64,000 nt of DNA, from the IMG/VR virus record IMGVR_UViG_3300032050_000037, positions 49,073 through 113,072 of that record; one strand, 5' to 3'. The notes below the pieces were generated by a model that ran no database searches, had not been told where the DNA came from, and was given only the letters and a program-made list of their open reading frames with translations. This DNA is from a virus. Positions 30,184 to 40,767 of the stretch are shown here, piece by piece. Every line of letters starts with the position of its first letter. Position 1 is the stretch's first letter. A program made the translations under genes and the position numbers.

Positions 30184-30756
30184 ATGAATATAAATGAGAT
30201 AAAAGAACAATTGTCTGATGCTAAAAAAAATACAACACATTTTTTATTAAAAGGATTTTTTAAAAATACTCCATCTTGGGAAGATATATTTGAACATCTA
30301 TCATATGAATACTTTAATAAACCAGATTTAAACTTCCCAGACTCTTGGATAGTAAACGGTGGTGTTGCAACACAAAAAAATCAATTTTATGCACAAATAA
30401 GAGACTCTAGTTTTTATAAACAATATAATGATGTTTTAGAGTGTTTTAATAATCTTTTGGATAAAAATGGAGCTTCTGGTGCTGCATTTTTAGATTTAAT
30501 ATCCAATAGTAAAAAAGTATCATTCCACAACGACCCAGCAGATCAATTTCATTGGCAGATAAAAGGAAAATCAATATGGCAATTTAAAAAACAACATAAT
30601 GATGATAACGAACAGGTAGATGCAGAAATTGAAGTAGAAGAAGGAGACGTAATCTTTCTGCCAGATGGCATATATCATTCAGTTAGTACAAAATCTGCAA
30701 GATGTGGAATAACAGTAATGTATTCTTTAAGAAAAGGAATTGTTGCAAACTCTTAG
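30184..30756 (+). CDS. JmjC/cupin 2OG oxygenase-like protein
   Basis: HND...WQIKGKSIW...GDVIFLP.G.YHSV. Confidence 0.75.
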   Translation: MNINEIKEQLSDAKKNTTHFLLKGFFKNTPSWEDIFEHLSYEYFNKPDLNFPDSWIVNGGVATQKNQFYAQIRDSSFYKQYNDVLECFNNLLDKNGASGAAFLDLISNSKKVSFHNDPADQFHWQIKGKSIWQFKKQHNDDNEQVDAEIEVEEGDVIFLPDGIYHSVSTKSARCGITVMYSLRKGIVANS

Positions 30757-30820
30757 ACAACTAAGATAAATTAAATAAAAAATCATGTTATAATTTCCAT
30801 GTAACAAAAATTTTGTTGCA

Positions 30821-33250
30821 TTGGAGATCCAATTGAAGAGAAAGTTAAAGCTATTTATAGCTGGCCTATTTGTAACTGGCTGGCTATTTTTTGTTGGTCC
30901 CAGTTATGCATATGCAACAGAAAATATTAATCAAGAACAGGTAGTAATAAGCCCAGCTCAACAAGCGGTAAATACAGCAATTGCAACCGCAACAACAGAA
31001 GTTCAACAAGCTATTGCAGCTACAGATTCTGCAACAGTACTAGTGGCAACAGCACAAACAGAATTAACACAGGCTCAATCCGCAGTAACTCAGGTCAATC
31101 AAAGTATATCTACAGCACAAATAGCAGTAAATGCAGTTGATACTGCAACTACAACAATAAATAATATAGACTTAACAATAAATCCAACAGATCAAAGTTC
31201 TCAAGTAGTTCAAGATGCAAAACAAACTATAACTACTGCCCAAACAGCAATAGATAGTATTACTGTAACTACTGCACAGACAGAAATATTACAGGTTTCT
31301 ACTGCAAAAACAGAAGCTTCTACTGCACAAGCAACAGCACAAACTGAACTTACTCAAGCAAATATAGCAATTGATAATGCTCAGACAGCAGTAAATAATT
31401 TGCAAGCAACAATTGGAACAACCACAAATGTTCTTGCTGGCGTAGATGATGCTGGTATCCGCATGAATCTTCCATTTAATTTACAAATGGGTGGAACTTT
31501 ATATAATAATGTTTATGTTGGGTCTAATGCAACAATTACATTTGGAGTAGATGAAGGGTGGGTATATTATCAAACACCCAACGCCCCTTCGGTTTCTATT
31601 GCTGGATGGGACTGGACTACTTGGAGCACAGGAACTGGAATTACATATTCAACAACAGGATCTTCATTGGACATTGCGTGGGACCTTCGTCCATATCCAC
31701 AACAAGATGCATCTACACAAATGGTTCAAATTAGATTTAATGCTGATGTAAATCCAAATGATGGTGCATGGATGGCAAATGTGACTGCTACTGGACCTAT
31801 TCCAAATGGCGCTAGATTTAATTATAGAGAAACTACTAATGGAACAATTATTCCAATTGAAGATACAAATACAGGTTCTGGTTTTGCTGGACAAATAAGT
31901 CAAGGTACAACATTTACTCCTTATGTAGATCCAAATACATCAACTGTTCAAGCAGCAGTAGATGCAGCAAATGCTGTTATTACACAATTAAATCAAAGTC
32001 TAAGCCCAGTCGTTTCTCAAAATAGCATTAATACTTCTTCAATAAATTCTATTAATACATCATCATTGACTAATGCTATTAATTCAGCATCAAATTCAAA
32101 AACAAATTTACAAACTTCTTTGAATACAAAAGCATCTCAACTTACAACTGCTATTAATAATAATATTCCAACTCCTGCACCGATATTATCTACACCAGTT
32201 GTCGATGGCACAACAGTAACTGTTGCCCCAGAATTACCAACAGGATATACAGCAAATACTTGGTTTTATCAAGTAATTACAGATGATCCAAATGCAGAAA
32301 ATCCATATGAAGGACAAACATTAAATACCGACGGAGCCCCAGAATCAATTCAATTAGCTGGCTTGACAGAAGGTGCTACATATACAATTAGAGTTGCTAA
32401 CTGGTCTGGCCCAGTAAGCCAATATACCGAAACTGTTATTTCAATTCCAGCAATACAAAGTTCTAACTTAATTAGTGGTGGACTAACACCAGTTGAACCA
32501 CCTGTTGAAGAACCACCTGTTGAAGAACCACCTGTTGAAGAACCACCTGTTGAAGAACCACCTGTTGAAGAACCACCTGTTGAAGAACCACCTGTTGAAG
32601 AACCAACTGAAGAAGAACCAATAGAAGAGCCAGCTGAAGAACCAGCTGAAGAAGAAACTCCATTAACTGTAGAAGAGATTGTTTCAGTTGTAGAAGATTT
32701 AATAGCAGATGGAAATCTAACAGCATCAGATGCAGAAGCTGTATTAGATGCATTAATGTCTGACGGAGAAATTACATCATCAGAAGTTAATAATCTTTCA
32801 GAAGCGTTATCTGAAGATGGAGTTTTAACAATTGCAGAAAAAGAAATAGTTGCAGATGCCCTTATTGCAGCAGCAGACGGAGAACCAGTAGCTGCAGCAA
32901 ATATTGAAGCAGCAGGACTTGAATATCGTGATCTTCCACCACAAATTCCAGTAGAGGTTAGAGAAGATGCAAATGGAAATCCTGTAGTTATTACAGCAGA
33001 GGTAGCATCAGCTTTATTAACATTAGAATCCCCAGCAGCTTTAGTAGGAGCAATTGCTGGATGTTTCAATCCAGATGAAGCAATTGAAGGTTTAACAGAA
33101 GAACAACAATGTGAAGTATTTAAGGCGCTTGCAAATATTGGGGCAGATATGAGTCCACAAGAAAGGCAAAAGGCTAAGGAAGTTCTTGTAGCAGCAGTTT
33201 TAGTTGGACAAGTAATTCTAGGTAGTTCAATTTTGAGAATAAGGGGGTAA
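30821..33250 (+). CDS. large secreted/membrane-anchored protein (coiled coil, FN3 domain, PVEEP repeats)
   Basis: N-terminal signal/TM, A/T/Q-rich coil, GLTEGATYTIRVA, acidic repeat, hydrophobic C-terminus. Confidence 0.7.
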   Translation: MEIQLKRKLKLFIAGLFVTGWLFFVGPSYAYATENINQEQVVISPAQQAVNTAIATATTEVQQAIAATDSATVLVATAQTELTQAQSAVTQVNQSISTAQIAVNAVDTATTTINNIDLTINPTDQSSQVVQDAKQTITTAQTAIDSITVTTAQTEILQVSTAKTEASTAQATAQTELTQANIAIDNAQTAVNNLQATIGTTTNVLAGVDDAGIRMNLPFNLQMGGTLYNNVYVGSNATITFGVDEGWVYYQTPNAPSVSIAGWDWTTWSTGTGITYSTTGSSLDIAWDLRPYPQQDASTQMVQIRFNADVNPNDGAWMANVTATGPIPNGARFNYRETTNGTIIPIEDTNTGSGFAGQISQGTTFTPYVDPNTSTVQAAVDAANAVITQLNQSLSPVVSQNSINTSSINSINTSSLTNAINSASNSKTNLQTSLNTKASQLTTAINNNIPTPAPILSTPVVDGTTVTVAPELPTGYTANTWFYQVITDDPNAENPYEGQTLNTDGAPESIQLAGLTEGATYTIRVANWSGPVSQYTETVISIPAIQSSNLISGGLTPVEPPVEEPPVEEPPVEEPPVEEPPVEEPPVEEPPVEEPTEEEPIEEPAEEPAEEETPLTVEEIVSVVEDLIADGNLTASDAEAVLDALMSDGEITSSEVNNLSEALSEDGVLTIAEKEIVADALIAAADGEPVAAANIEAAGLEYRDLPPQIPVEVREDANGNPVVITAEVASALLTLESPAALVGAIAGCFNPDEAIEGLTEEQQCEVFKALANIGADMSPQERQKAKEVLVAAVLVGQVILGSSILRIRG
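32501..32605 (+). repeat. 7 perfect copies of 15-bp CCTGTTGAAGAACCA (PVEEP)
   Basis: Read directly from sequence. Confidence 0.95.
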
Positions 33251-33252
33251 AT

Positions 33253-33441
33253 ATGAACTGGTTAAAGAAAAGAGCAATTGCTATTCTTAGTGAGAATTTT
33301 ACATTTCTAGGATTTTTTGTAGCCTGGGTTGTTCTTGAGGGTAGTGCAAAAACAGTTGTTGGATATGTAACATTAGCCTCTGTAGCTATATGGTTTTTAA
33401 CTATAGGCATTAGAGAAAGAGCCGAAAAAGAAGAAGAATAG
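33253..33441 (+). CDS. 2-TM membrane protein (holin-like)
   Basis: Two hydrophobic helices, charged C-terminus. Confidence 0.5.
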   Translation: MNWLKKRAIAILSENFTFLGFFVAWVVLEGSAKTVVGYVTLASVAIWFLTIGIRERAEKEEE

Positions 33442-33473
33442 CCTACTAAATTCATATTTGCTATAATAGACTT

Positions 33474-33671
33474 ATGAAAAAATTAAAGGTGTTTTTAGCT
33501 TCTAGCCTTTTAGTCCTGTCTATAAGCGGATGCGGATACGATGGACATTATCGTTATCCATGTCAGGACCCAGCAAATTGGGAAAAAGCAGAATGTAAAC
33601 CACCTATCTGTACAGCTAACGGAGCATGTCCAGAAGATTTAGCAGATACTAAGGAAAATACAAATGGCTAG
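33474..33671 (+). CDS. small Cys-rich lipoprotein, leaderless
   Basis: Lipobox ISG-C; TATAAT 6 nt before ATG. Confidence 0.7.
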   Translation: MKKLKVFLASSLLVLSISGCGYDGHYRYPCQDPANWEKAECKPPICTANGACPEDLADTKENTNG

Positions 33672-34074
33672 AGAAAGACTAACACCAGCAGAATTAGACG
33701 CAAGATTAAAATTTATTTTAGGAATTACATTAGGATCAATTCTTTTTATTACAGCAGTAGGCATTATGTATGCTTTAATATTTGTAACACAGCCAATTAC
33801 TGGTCAATCTGAGAATGATAAAATGTTTTTCAATGTCCTAGGATCAGTAGCAACATTTATTACAGGAACATTAGCTGGACTTTTAATTGGCCAATCTGGT
33901 GCTAAAGATATTATGTCTGCACAATTAGCTAACAAAGAAATGGATGCAAAAAATACACAAGCAGATAAAAAATTAGAAGCAGAAATTGATGAAGCAAAAG
34001 CTCGTAGATTAGCAAAACCAGACGGAGCAATGCCAGAAGAACAACCTGTAGATACAAATTGGGATAAGGATTAA
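33664..34074 (+). CDS. 2-TM membrane protein (holin candidate)
   Basis: Two TM helices; directly precedes endolysin. Confidence 0.55.
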   Translation: MARERLTPAELDARLKFILGITLGSILFITAVGIMYALIFVTQPITGQSENDKMFFNVLGSVATFITGTLAGLLIGQSGAKDIMSAQLANKEMDAKNTQADKKLEAEIDEAKARRLAKPDGAMPEEQPVDTNWDKD

Positions 34075-34076
34075 TA

Positions 34077-34661
34077 ATGTCAGCACAAGGAACAGCAGAA
34101 AAATTTGTTGAAGTTGCTAAAGCTGAAATTGGTACTGTAGAAGGACCAAAAGACAATGAAACAAAATATGGTGCATTTACTAAAGCTAATTTTCAACCAT
34201 GGTGTGGATCATTTGTTATGTGGTGTGCAAATGAAGCAGGAGTAAAAGTTCCTAACACAGTTTATACTCCAGGCGGAGCAGCAGCATTTAAAAAAGCTGG
34301 TCAATGGATTGACGGAGACATTGCAGATCCAGAGCCAGGAGATGTTGCATATTTTGATTTCCCATCAGACGGTGTAGATAGAATTTCTCATGTTGGAATA
34401 GTTATGACTGACAATGGAGATGGAACCGTTTGGTGTATTGAAGGAAATACTTCTGGAGACCCTAAAGGAAGTCAAAGAAATGGTGGAGAAGTTTGCAAAA
34501 AGCTTCGTGCATATAAGAAAAATAAAAAGAATATAATGGTTTCAATTGTTGGATTTGGAAGACCTAAATTTGGAGCAAGCCTTGTTAAAAAATCTGAACC
34601 TGTTGCAAAAACAACTAAAAAAGCAAAAACATGTTCAGAGTGTGGTCAAGCAATTAAATAA
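34077..34661 (+). CDS. CHAP-domain endolysin
   Basis: PWCGSFV, HVGIV, IEGNT. Confidence 0.85.
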   Translation: MSAQGTAEKFVEVAKAEIGTVEGPKDNETKYGAFTKANFQPWCGSFVMWCANEAGVKVPNTVYTPGGAAAFKKAGQWIDGDIADPEPGDVAYFDFPSDGVDRISHVGIVMTDNGDGTVWCIEGNTSGDPKGSQRNGGEVCKKLRAYKKNKKNIMVSIVGFGRPKFGASLVKKSEPVAKTTKKAKTCSECGQAIK

Positions 34662-34804
34662 ATGAATACCTATAGAGTAAAATTAGAGGTAGAGGTAGAA
34701 GTAGAAGCCTTTGATGAAAATGATGCTCTAGACTATGCAAATGATATATTTGGTGTAGACGATGAAATAACAAACGTTAAAGTAATTAGCGTTAAGGAGA
34801 AATA

Positions 34805-35659
34805 ATGGCAAAAGAAGGATACAAACCAACCGCTGGCATGCAATCTGCAGCCCGTCGTGCAATTAAATTAAAAGAACAAGGTAAAGCTAAGGGAGCTGGA
34901 ACAGCAGTAGGCTGGACTCGTGCAGGACAACTTGCTAGAGGAGAAACCCTCAGCCTTTCAACAGTTAAGCGTATGTATTCTTTCTTTTCACGTCATGAAG
35001 TAGATAAAAAAGGTAAGGACTGGGATAATGCAGAAAATCCATCTAATGGAAAGATTATGTGGTTAGCATGGGGCGGAGACGCAGGATTCTCTTGGTCACG
35101 TAAAATTGTAGAACGTGAAAAAAATATGAAAAAGTCTTTAACACATGATGATTTAGTAGAAGAAATTAAAGACATGCTTGATGACGCAATTAATCCAGCA
35201 GATACAGTAATTGAAATTCCAGATGATGAAGATATTGCAAAAGCCCTTCGTCCAGAAATTACAAAAGAACAATTAGGAATGGTAATTGAGCATTTAATGG
35301 AAGCAATTGAAGGAATGATCGAGGTTCCAGAAGAAGATTCTGAAGAGGAATCAGATTCAGCAGAAATGGAAACAGAAGATGCTGGCGAATCCAACCCAGC
35401 CCCAATTGGAGATCCAATGAAAAATGAAATTAATTGGCCAGTTGCAAAATCTAAAGATTCTGAGGATTCTGAAGATTATGAATCAGATAATGAAGAAGAA
35501 GATAAATGGGACAATTTGCAAAAAGCATGTTGGTCTGGATATAAACAAGTAGGAATGAAAGAAAAAAATGGTCGCATGGTCCCAAATTGCGTACCAGTAA
35601 ATAGTGTTAAAAAATCATTATGGGATGGAAAATTTAATCCATCTTCGATAAAAAAATAA
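34805..35659 (+). CDS. phage protein, possibly head-associated
   Basis: VKRMYSFFSRHE...AWGGDAG domain, acidic linker, CWxGY..VG.K...VPNCVP motif. Confidence 0.55.
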   Translation: MAKEGYKPTAGMQSAARRAIKLKEQGKAKGAGTAVGWTRAGQLARGETLSLSTVKRMYSFFSRHEVDKKGKDWDNAENPSNGKIMWLAWGGDAGFSWSRKIVEREKNMKKSLTHDDLVEEIKDMLDDAINPADTVIEIPDDEDIAKALRPEITKEQLGMVIEHLMEAIEGMIEVPEEDSEEESDSAEMETEDAGESNPAPIGDPMKNEINWPVAKSKDSEDSEDYESDNEEEDKWDNLQKACWSGYKQVGMKEKNGRMVPNCVPVNSVKKSLWDGKFNPSSIKK

Positions 35660-35671
35660 TATAAAAATCAG

Positions 35672-35714
35672 TTGACAAGGCTTTTAGTATCCCTGTATAA
35701 TAGTATACAGGGAT
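35672..35714 (+). promoter_or_regulatory. sigmaA promoter whose -10 lies in an 11-bp perfect inverted repeat
   Basis: TTGACA-N18-TATAAT; ATCCCTGTATA-ATAG-TATACAGGGAT. Confidence 0.7.
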
Positions 35715-35737
35715 TAGCCCTTTATATTTAAGGAAAA

Positions 35738-35968
35738 ATGTTACATTTAAACGAACGTGGCGTAGATATATTTATAAATAAATATAAATCATTTACTAGT
35801 GAAGCATACTGGAACAATTATGATTTAATTATTTGGAAAAAAAATAATAATGGATTTTTTAATATAAAAGGAATATTTAATAAAGCTTGGGGAATAGCAG
35901 ATAAAGTATCTGTAAACAATAAAGGAATGTGGGTTTTACCTAAACAATATGTCAAGTATTTTAAATGA
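35738..35968 (+). CDS. hypothetical protein
   Basis: AAGGA RBS. Confidence 0.6.
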   Translation: MLHLNERGVDIFINKYKSFTSEAYWNNYDLIIWKKNNNGFFNIKGIFNKAWGIADKVSVNNKGMWVLPKQYVKYFK

Positions 35969-36260
35969 TCTTGGAGTAGATAAAGAAGATTTAGATTGGT
36001 GGCATCTTGCTATTTGTAGAGGCATGGATACTAATCTTTTTTATGATAAATACGAAAATGATGAAAAAATTGCAAAAAATATTGACGAAGCCTGCTTAGC
36101 ATGCCCAGTAATATCAATGTGTTATAAATCTGGAATTCAAAATAATGAGTATGGAGTTTGGGGTGGAGTATATTTAAGTTCTGGCTCTATAGATAAAAAT
36201 AAAAATTTACATAAAACAAATGAAGTTTGGAAAAGATTAAAAGTTAAAAATGTATATTGA
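35949..36260 (+). CDS. whiB: WhiB-family Fe-S transcription factor
   Basis: AIC...CLACPV...C...GVWGG. Confidence 0.9.
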   Translation: MSSILNDLGVDKEDLDWWHLAICRGMDTNLFYDKYENDEKIAKNIDEACLACPVISMCYKSGIQNNEYGVWGGVYLSSGSIDKNKNLHKTNEVWKRLKVKNVY

Positions 36261-36570
36261 TAAAAATAAAGATCATTTTAAATACGGAATAAATCAATGG
36301 ACTGGTGAACCAAACAAACCAGTTTTTTATACACCAGAAATGGCAAAAGCTTTAAGAGGAATAACTAAACCAGTAAACAACTTACAAATGGATGTTGTTA
36401 AATATCCAGAGTTTTTAGCATTAAGATTATATGAGGATAACTTTATACAATTTACAGGTACTAAAAAAGAAATGGTCATTGACTATGTAGCAAAAGTAAA
36501 AAAATTGCTAGAGTCGTATGGCGTAAGATGTGAGCTGGAAGGAGTTCCAAGTGAAAGAATATTACGATAG
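36250..36570 (+). CDS. hypothetical protein
   Basis: ORF in whiB operon. Confidence 0.6.
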   Translation: MYIDKNKDHFKYGINQWTGEPNKPVFYTPEMAKALRGITKPVNNLQMDVVKYPEFLALRLYEDNFIQFTGTKKEMVIDYVAKVKKLLESYGVRCELEGVPSERILR

Positions 36571-36746
36571 AGTTTTAATTGTATTTATTCATGAACTGGG
36601 ACTATATGGATCAACAGAAAGATTGGGAGCATTTGCATCTCCAATTAAGTATACACAAGATGGAGTGGAGCATGAAGAATTGATAGACAATTCAGAATTT
36701 TCAATTATGGATGAAATTGTTTTTAGTCATGTAGAGGAAGATAATA

Positions 36747-36983
36747 ATGGATAAAGTTCTTTGCTATTCTTGCAATAAATCAAAAAATAAATTAAATGTA
36801 AAAAAATCAACATTGCTTCCAATAAATTTATTAATGTGTGAAGGATGTATCAATGAAAAATTTGAACCAAGATGGCTTATTATAATTGCTGGAAGACAAT
36901 CTGGTGCAGATTTGGTTAGAGATTTTATATTAAAGAAAAAATATATTGGAAATGAAATATCTGCTTCTGAATTATTAATTTAA
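36747..36983 (+). CDS. Zn-finger protein
   Basis: CYSC...CEGC. Confidence 0.55.
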   Translation: MDKVLCYSCNKSKNKLNVKKSTLLPINLLMCEGCINEKFEPRWLIIIAGRQSGADLVRDFILKKKYIGNEISASELLI

Positions 36984-37012
36984 TAAAGATATTACGGTAT
37001 AATTAATGTATA

Positions 37013-37330
37013 ATGAACCTAGACCTGAACGCTATAATTATTGCAATCGCTGCTGCGATATTGTCTGGCATGGGGACGGCAATTATTGCTGGACTGAACG
37101 AGAATAAAAAAGAAAAAAACAGACAAAGAGAACGAGAACAAGATCAATTAAAATTAGAGGTCAAAGACCTTAAAATTGAATTATATCAATTAGAAAAAGA
37201 ATTAACTGACTGGAAAGATAAATATTACGATGCCCTTCAAGAATTAATTTTAATTAAATCTGAACTAGAAAATGTGCTTAGGAATATATCTGATGGGGAA
37301 AATATACATAATTTCGACACAGAATTTTAA
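37013..37330 (+). CDS. N-terminal TM plus coiled-coil protein
   Basis: Hydrophobic N-terminus, heptad repeats. Confidence 0.6.
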   Translation: MNLDLNAIIIAIAAAILSGMGTAIIAGLNENKKEKNRQREREQDQLKLEVKDLKIELYQLEKELTDWKDKYYDALQELILIKSELENVLRNISDGENIHNFDTEF

Positions 37331-37348
37331 ATTTAGTATACTAGTATT

Positions 37349-37918
37349 ATGACAGCAGTGGTAGCCCTTATTCATGAAAACAAAGTCCTCTTAGGAGGAG
37401 ACTCTGCTGCATCTGATGATAAAAGTGGATTAATTTTTTCAAGAATAGATCCAAAAGTTTTTAAAGTAGGACAATTTGGAATTGCATTTGTTGATAGTTT
37501 TAGAATGGGACAGATACTTCAGTACAATTGGGCTCCACCTAAATATACTCCCAATGCTGGTTTTAAAAATTTAGATAAATTTATGAGAACTAAGTTTGTA
37601 GAATCAGTTAAAGAAGCATTTAAAGAACAGGGTTACGGAAATCAAACAGCAGGCTCTACAGAAGATGGTGACGAAGGCGGAGTATTTTTAATTGCCGTAC
37701 AAGGCACTGGACGTATTTTTACTATGGATACAGATTTTCATATAGGCGAAGCAGATTTACAGTATATGGCAGAAGGAGCTGGTCAAGAAATAGCCCTAGG
37801 GTCTTTGTTCTCTACAGCATCTATTAAAACACCTCGTAAACGTGTCAGAATGGCGCTAGAAGCTGCTTCAAAGTTTAACATGTCAGTTAGACCACCCTTT
37901 ACAATCATAGAGGTTTAG
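37349..37918 (+). CDS. HslV/proteasome-like Ntn threonine protease, leaderless
   Basis: M-T start (N-terminal Thr), GGDS, KVF, GAGQEIALGSL, ALEAA. Confidence 0.75.
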   Translation: MTAVVALIHENKVLLGGDSAASDDKSGLIFSRIDPKVFKVGQFGIAFVDSFRMGQILQYNWAPPKYTPNAGFKNLDKFMRTKFVESVKEAFKEQGYGNQTAGSTEDGDEGGVFLIAVQGTGRIFTMDTDFHIGEADLQYMAEGAGQEIALGSLFSTASIKTPRKRVRMALEAASKFNMSVRPPFTIIEV

Positions 37919-37931
37919 AGTATAATTAACT

Positions 37932-38141
37932 ATGGACATAAATAATCTTAAGCCAGAAAACTATGATAAGGCGATGGATTTAAGAGGAACACCAACTCAC
38001 GTATGTCCATGCGGATGCTACATATGGAATGTTAAAGCTATATTTTATGATTATGAAATTGTTCAATATTTTATAGACATGGAATGTGCAAACTGCGGAA
38101 GTTTAGCAACCGCCCCAACACCAGAGGATAGACCAGAATGA
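37932..38141 (+). CDS. Zn-ribbon protein
   Basis: CPCG...CANCG. Confidence 0.6.
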   Translation: MDINNLKPENYDKAMDLRGTPTHVCPCGCYIWNVKAIFYDYEIVQYFIDMECANCGSLATAPTPEDRPE

Positions 38142-38340
38142 GAAAGTCAGAAAGAATTAGACAAATAGAAATTCAATTAATTAAACTTGAATTTGAATTA
38201 GATTTATTAAACAATATGCTTGTAACTCTTTTAGAGGCAAATAACCTACCACAACCACAATTAGACGCTGGAAAATGGTATCAAAGAAGGCTAGACAAAA
38301 ACTCTTGACAATATCGTATATATTTTAGTAAAATATACGA

Positions 38341-39462
38341 ATGAATAAAAAACTAATAAGCGCAATATCAATACTATCAATACTATCTACTGTCTTTATT
38401 ACTGTGGGCGCCAAGGCGGATCAACAGGCTCCCACTTTAGCTATTCTTGACACAGCAATAGACACATCTTTACCTATTTTTAAAGATAAGATTGTTCATG
38501 AAGTTTGTGTTTTAGAATGGAACTCTTGTCCAAATGGGCAAAAATTTATGGAGGGCACAGGATCTGCTACCCTTCCATTTAACATAATTTCTAAAAATGG
38601 TTTTGATCATGGAACTCAGATGGCATCTGTTGCTATTAGAACTAATCCAAATATTAAAATTGTATTTATTAGAATTATTGGAAATACCTCTTCTGGACTA
38701 AGACAATCTACTGGTGAAACTGGAGTTTCATTAGCATTGAAATGGGTATCAGAAAATCAATCAAGATTTAATATACAGGCTGTTGCTATGTCTCAGGCAA
38801 ACCATAATATACTTACAACATTAACAGACTATTGTCCAGCAACACCAATGTTGCGTGGCACAATATCTACTCTTGTTGCTAAAGAAGTTCCTGTATTTTT
38901 TGCAGCAGGAAACATGAGAGATCTTTCTAGACTATCGTGGCCAGCATGTATAAACGAATCTATTTCTATTGGAATGGCAGATCAATATGAACAAATTGAT
39001 AATTATTCTAATTTTGATAAAGATAGATTAGATTACTATGCTAATGGAAATATGCAAGTATTAATTCCAGGTGGAGAAATTAGAAATGCAGCAGGATCTT
39101 CTATTTCCACACAAGTTGTTGCTGCAACATGGATTTCTATAAAATCAGCAAAACCAGGAATTCCATATGCTGAAGTTATTAATACACTTAACCTAATGTC
39201 AAAACCTATTAAGGGTGCAAGAGGGCAATATGGAAAATTAATTCCATCTTCTCAAATTGCAATTACTAAACAAACTCCAACAGCCACTCCGCCTGTTACA
39301 AAAACACCAGAGCAATTGGCTGCTGAAGCTAAGGCTAATTTAATACTAGAAGCAAATAAAGCAATAGCACAAGCAGAAGCACAATATCAGGCTGAAGTTA
39401 AAGCAGCATCAGATAAACTTGCTGCAATTAAAGCAGAATGGGCTAAAAAAATAAATGGATAA
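38341..39462 (+). CDS. secreted subtilisin-like S8 peptidase, leaderless
   Basis: Signal peptide; ILDT, HGTQMA, AAGN, GSS. Confidence 0.8.
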   Translation: MNKKLISAISILSILSTVFITVGAKADQQAPTLAILDTAIDTSLPIFKDKIVHEVCVLEWNSCPNGQKFMEGTGSATLPFNIISKNGFDHGTQMASVAIRTNPNIKIVFIRIIGNTSSGLRQSTGETGVSLALKWVSENQSRFNIQAVAMSQANHNILTTLTDYCPATPMLRGTISTLVAKEVPVFFAAGNMRDLSRLSWPACINESISIGMADQYEQIDNYSNFDKDRLDYYANGNMQVLIPGGEIRNAAGSSISTQVVAATWISIKSAKPGIPYAEVINTLNLMSKPIKGARGQYGKLIPSSQIAITKQTPTATPPVTKTPEQLAAEAKANLILEANKAIAQAEAQYQAEVKAASDKLAAIKAEWAKKING

Positions 39463-39714
39463 ATTAACTGTTCTTGAAGAAATAATAAAAGAAGTTTCAA
39501 CAGAACTATATCAAAAGTGGTATAACTCAGTACCAGAATCTGATAAAAACGAAGAGGCATCTCAGGCTATGGCAAAAAATGCAGGAGAAACAACATTTTT
39601 TGTTATACAAACTTTTATGAATAAATTTAACTCTGCAGCGGAAGAGTTAAAAGATAAATAAACATCATGGGCGGTCTATTGACCGCCCATTTATTATTTA
39701 GTAGAATGGATACC

Positions 39715-40200
39715 ATGCAAACATTTTTACCATATGCAGCAAAAAGAGACAGTCTTGATGCTTTAGACAATAAGCGTCTTAACAAACAAATACTAGAATC
39801 TTATCAGATACTAAATATATTAACTGGTATGTCTAAATCTAATGCTTGGCGTAACCATCCTGCAGTACTTATGTGGAAAGGAGCCGAAGCTGAACTTTAT
39901 AGGTATGCTATGACAGCAGTTTGTCTTGCAGATGCTCGTGGAATTAAAGTAGATAAAAATAAACAAAATATTCAAAAACTTTCAAGGTCTCGTAAATCTT
40001 TAATCTGGGGGGATGATACTCCTAAATGGGCTATAAATCCTACAACTATTAAGCTGGTTACAACTACACATCAAGCAAATCTATATAAAAAAGATCCTAT
40101 ATATTATGAAAAATTTGCAGATTCAGTCAACTCAAAGTATAATAAGCCTTGTTGTGAAGGGTGCCAATATTATTGGCCTACTCATAAGGAGAAGGTGTGA
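39715..40200 (+). CDS. pyrimidine-dimer DNA glycosylase/EndoV-like (MSMEG_6728 family), leaderless
   Basis: MQTFLP..LDNKRLNKQ.LE..Q...WRNHPAVLMW...YYWP. Confidence 0.8.
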   Translation: MQTFLPYAAKRDSLDALDNKRLNKQILESYQILNILTGMSKSNAWRNHPAVLMWKGAEAELYRYAMTAVCLADARGIKVDKNKQNIQKLSRSRKSLIWGDDTPKWAINPTTIKLVTTTHQANLYKKDPIYYEKFADSVNSKYNKPCCEGCQYYWPTHKEKV

Positions 40201-40499
40201 TAGTAACTGATTCTAATTTTGAAGACACAATTAATAGTCATAAAATAATTTTAATTGATTTTTGGGCAGAATGGTGTAGACCATGCAAAATGTTCAGTCC
40301 AATATTAGATGAAGTTTCTAATGATACTGGAATTTGGGTGGGTAAAATAAATGTTGATGAAAATAAAATAAAGTCGTCTGAATATGAAGTTATTAGTATT
40401 CCAACAACAATCTTATTTCAATACGGAAAACCTGTAAAAAAAATTATTGGAGCTAAACCAAAACATATTTTAATGGAAGAGATAAAAGAATGGCTATAG
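40197..40499 (+). CDS. trxA: thioredoxin
   Basis: DFWAEWCRPC, SIPT. Confidence 0.9.
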   Translation: MIVTDSNFEDTINSHKIILIDFWAEWCRPCKMFSPILDEVSNDTGIWVGKINVDENKIKSSEYEVISIPTTILFQYGKPVKKIIGAKPKHILMEEIKEWL

Positions 40500-40767
40500 A
40501 TTTTCTAGATGTTCAATCATGGTATGAATATGGTCGTGAAAAAAACTGGGTAACAGAAGTATTTTGTAATACGCATGAGGGGCCACCTTTATCTGATGAA
40601 GAAATGGAAGAATGGGAAGATGGCGGAGACCCTTGTAGTTTTCATATTAAATTCACAGAAGAATAAACACAACAAAAATATTGGTTAAGCGTCTATATAT
40701 ATGAGCGTATGCTCAAAATAGAATTCCATTTTGATAAAAAAATGGATATAAAGGAGAAAAATAAATA

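Noticed and set aside
32501-32605. Tandem repeat as a CRISPR array
   Set aside because: No spacers; it is an in-frame coding repeat.
32350-33069. Long - strand ORFs with GGSST / VVLQQ repeats
   Set aside because: Antisense shadows of the PVEEP repeat in the 809-aa gene.
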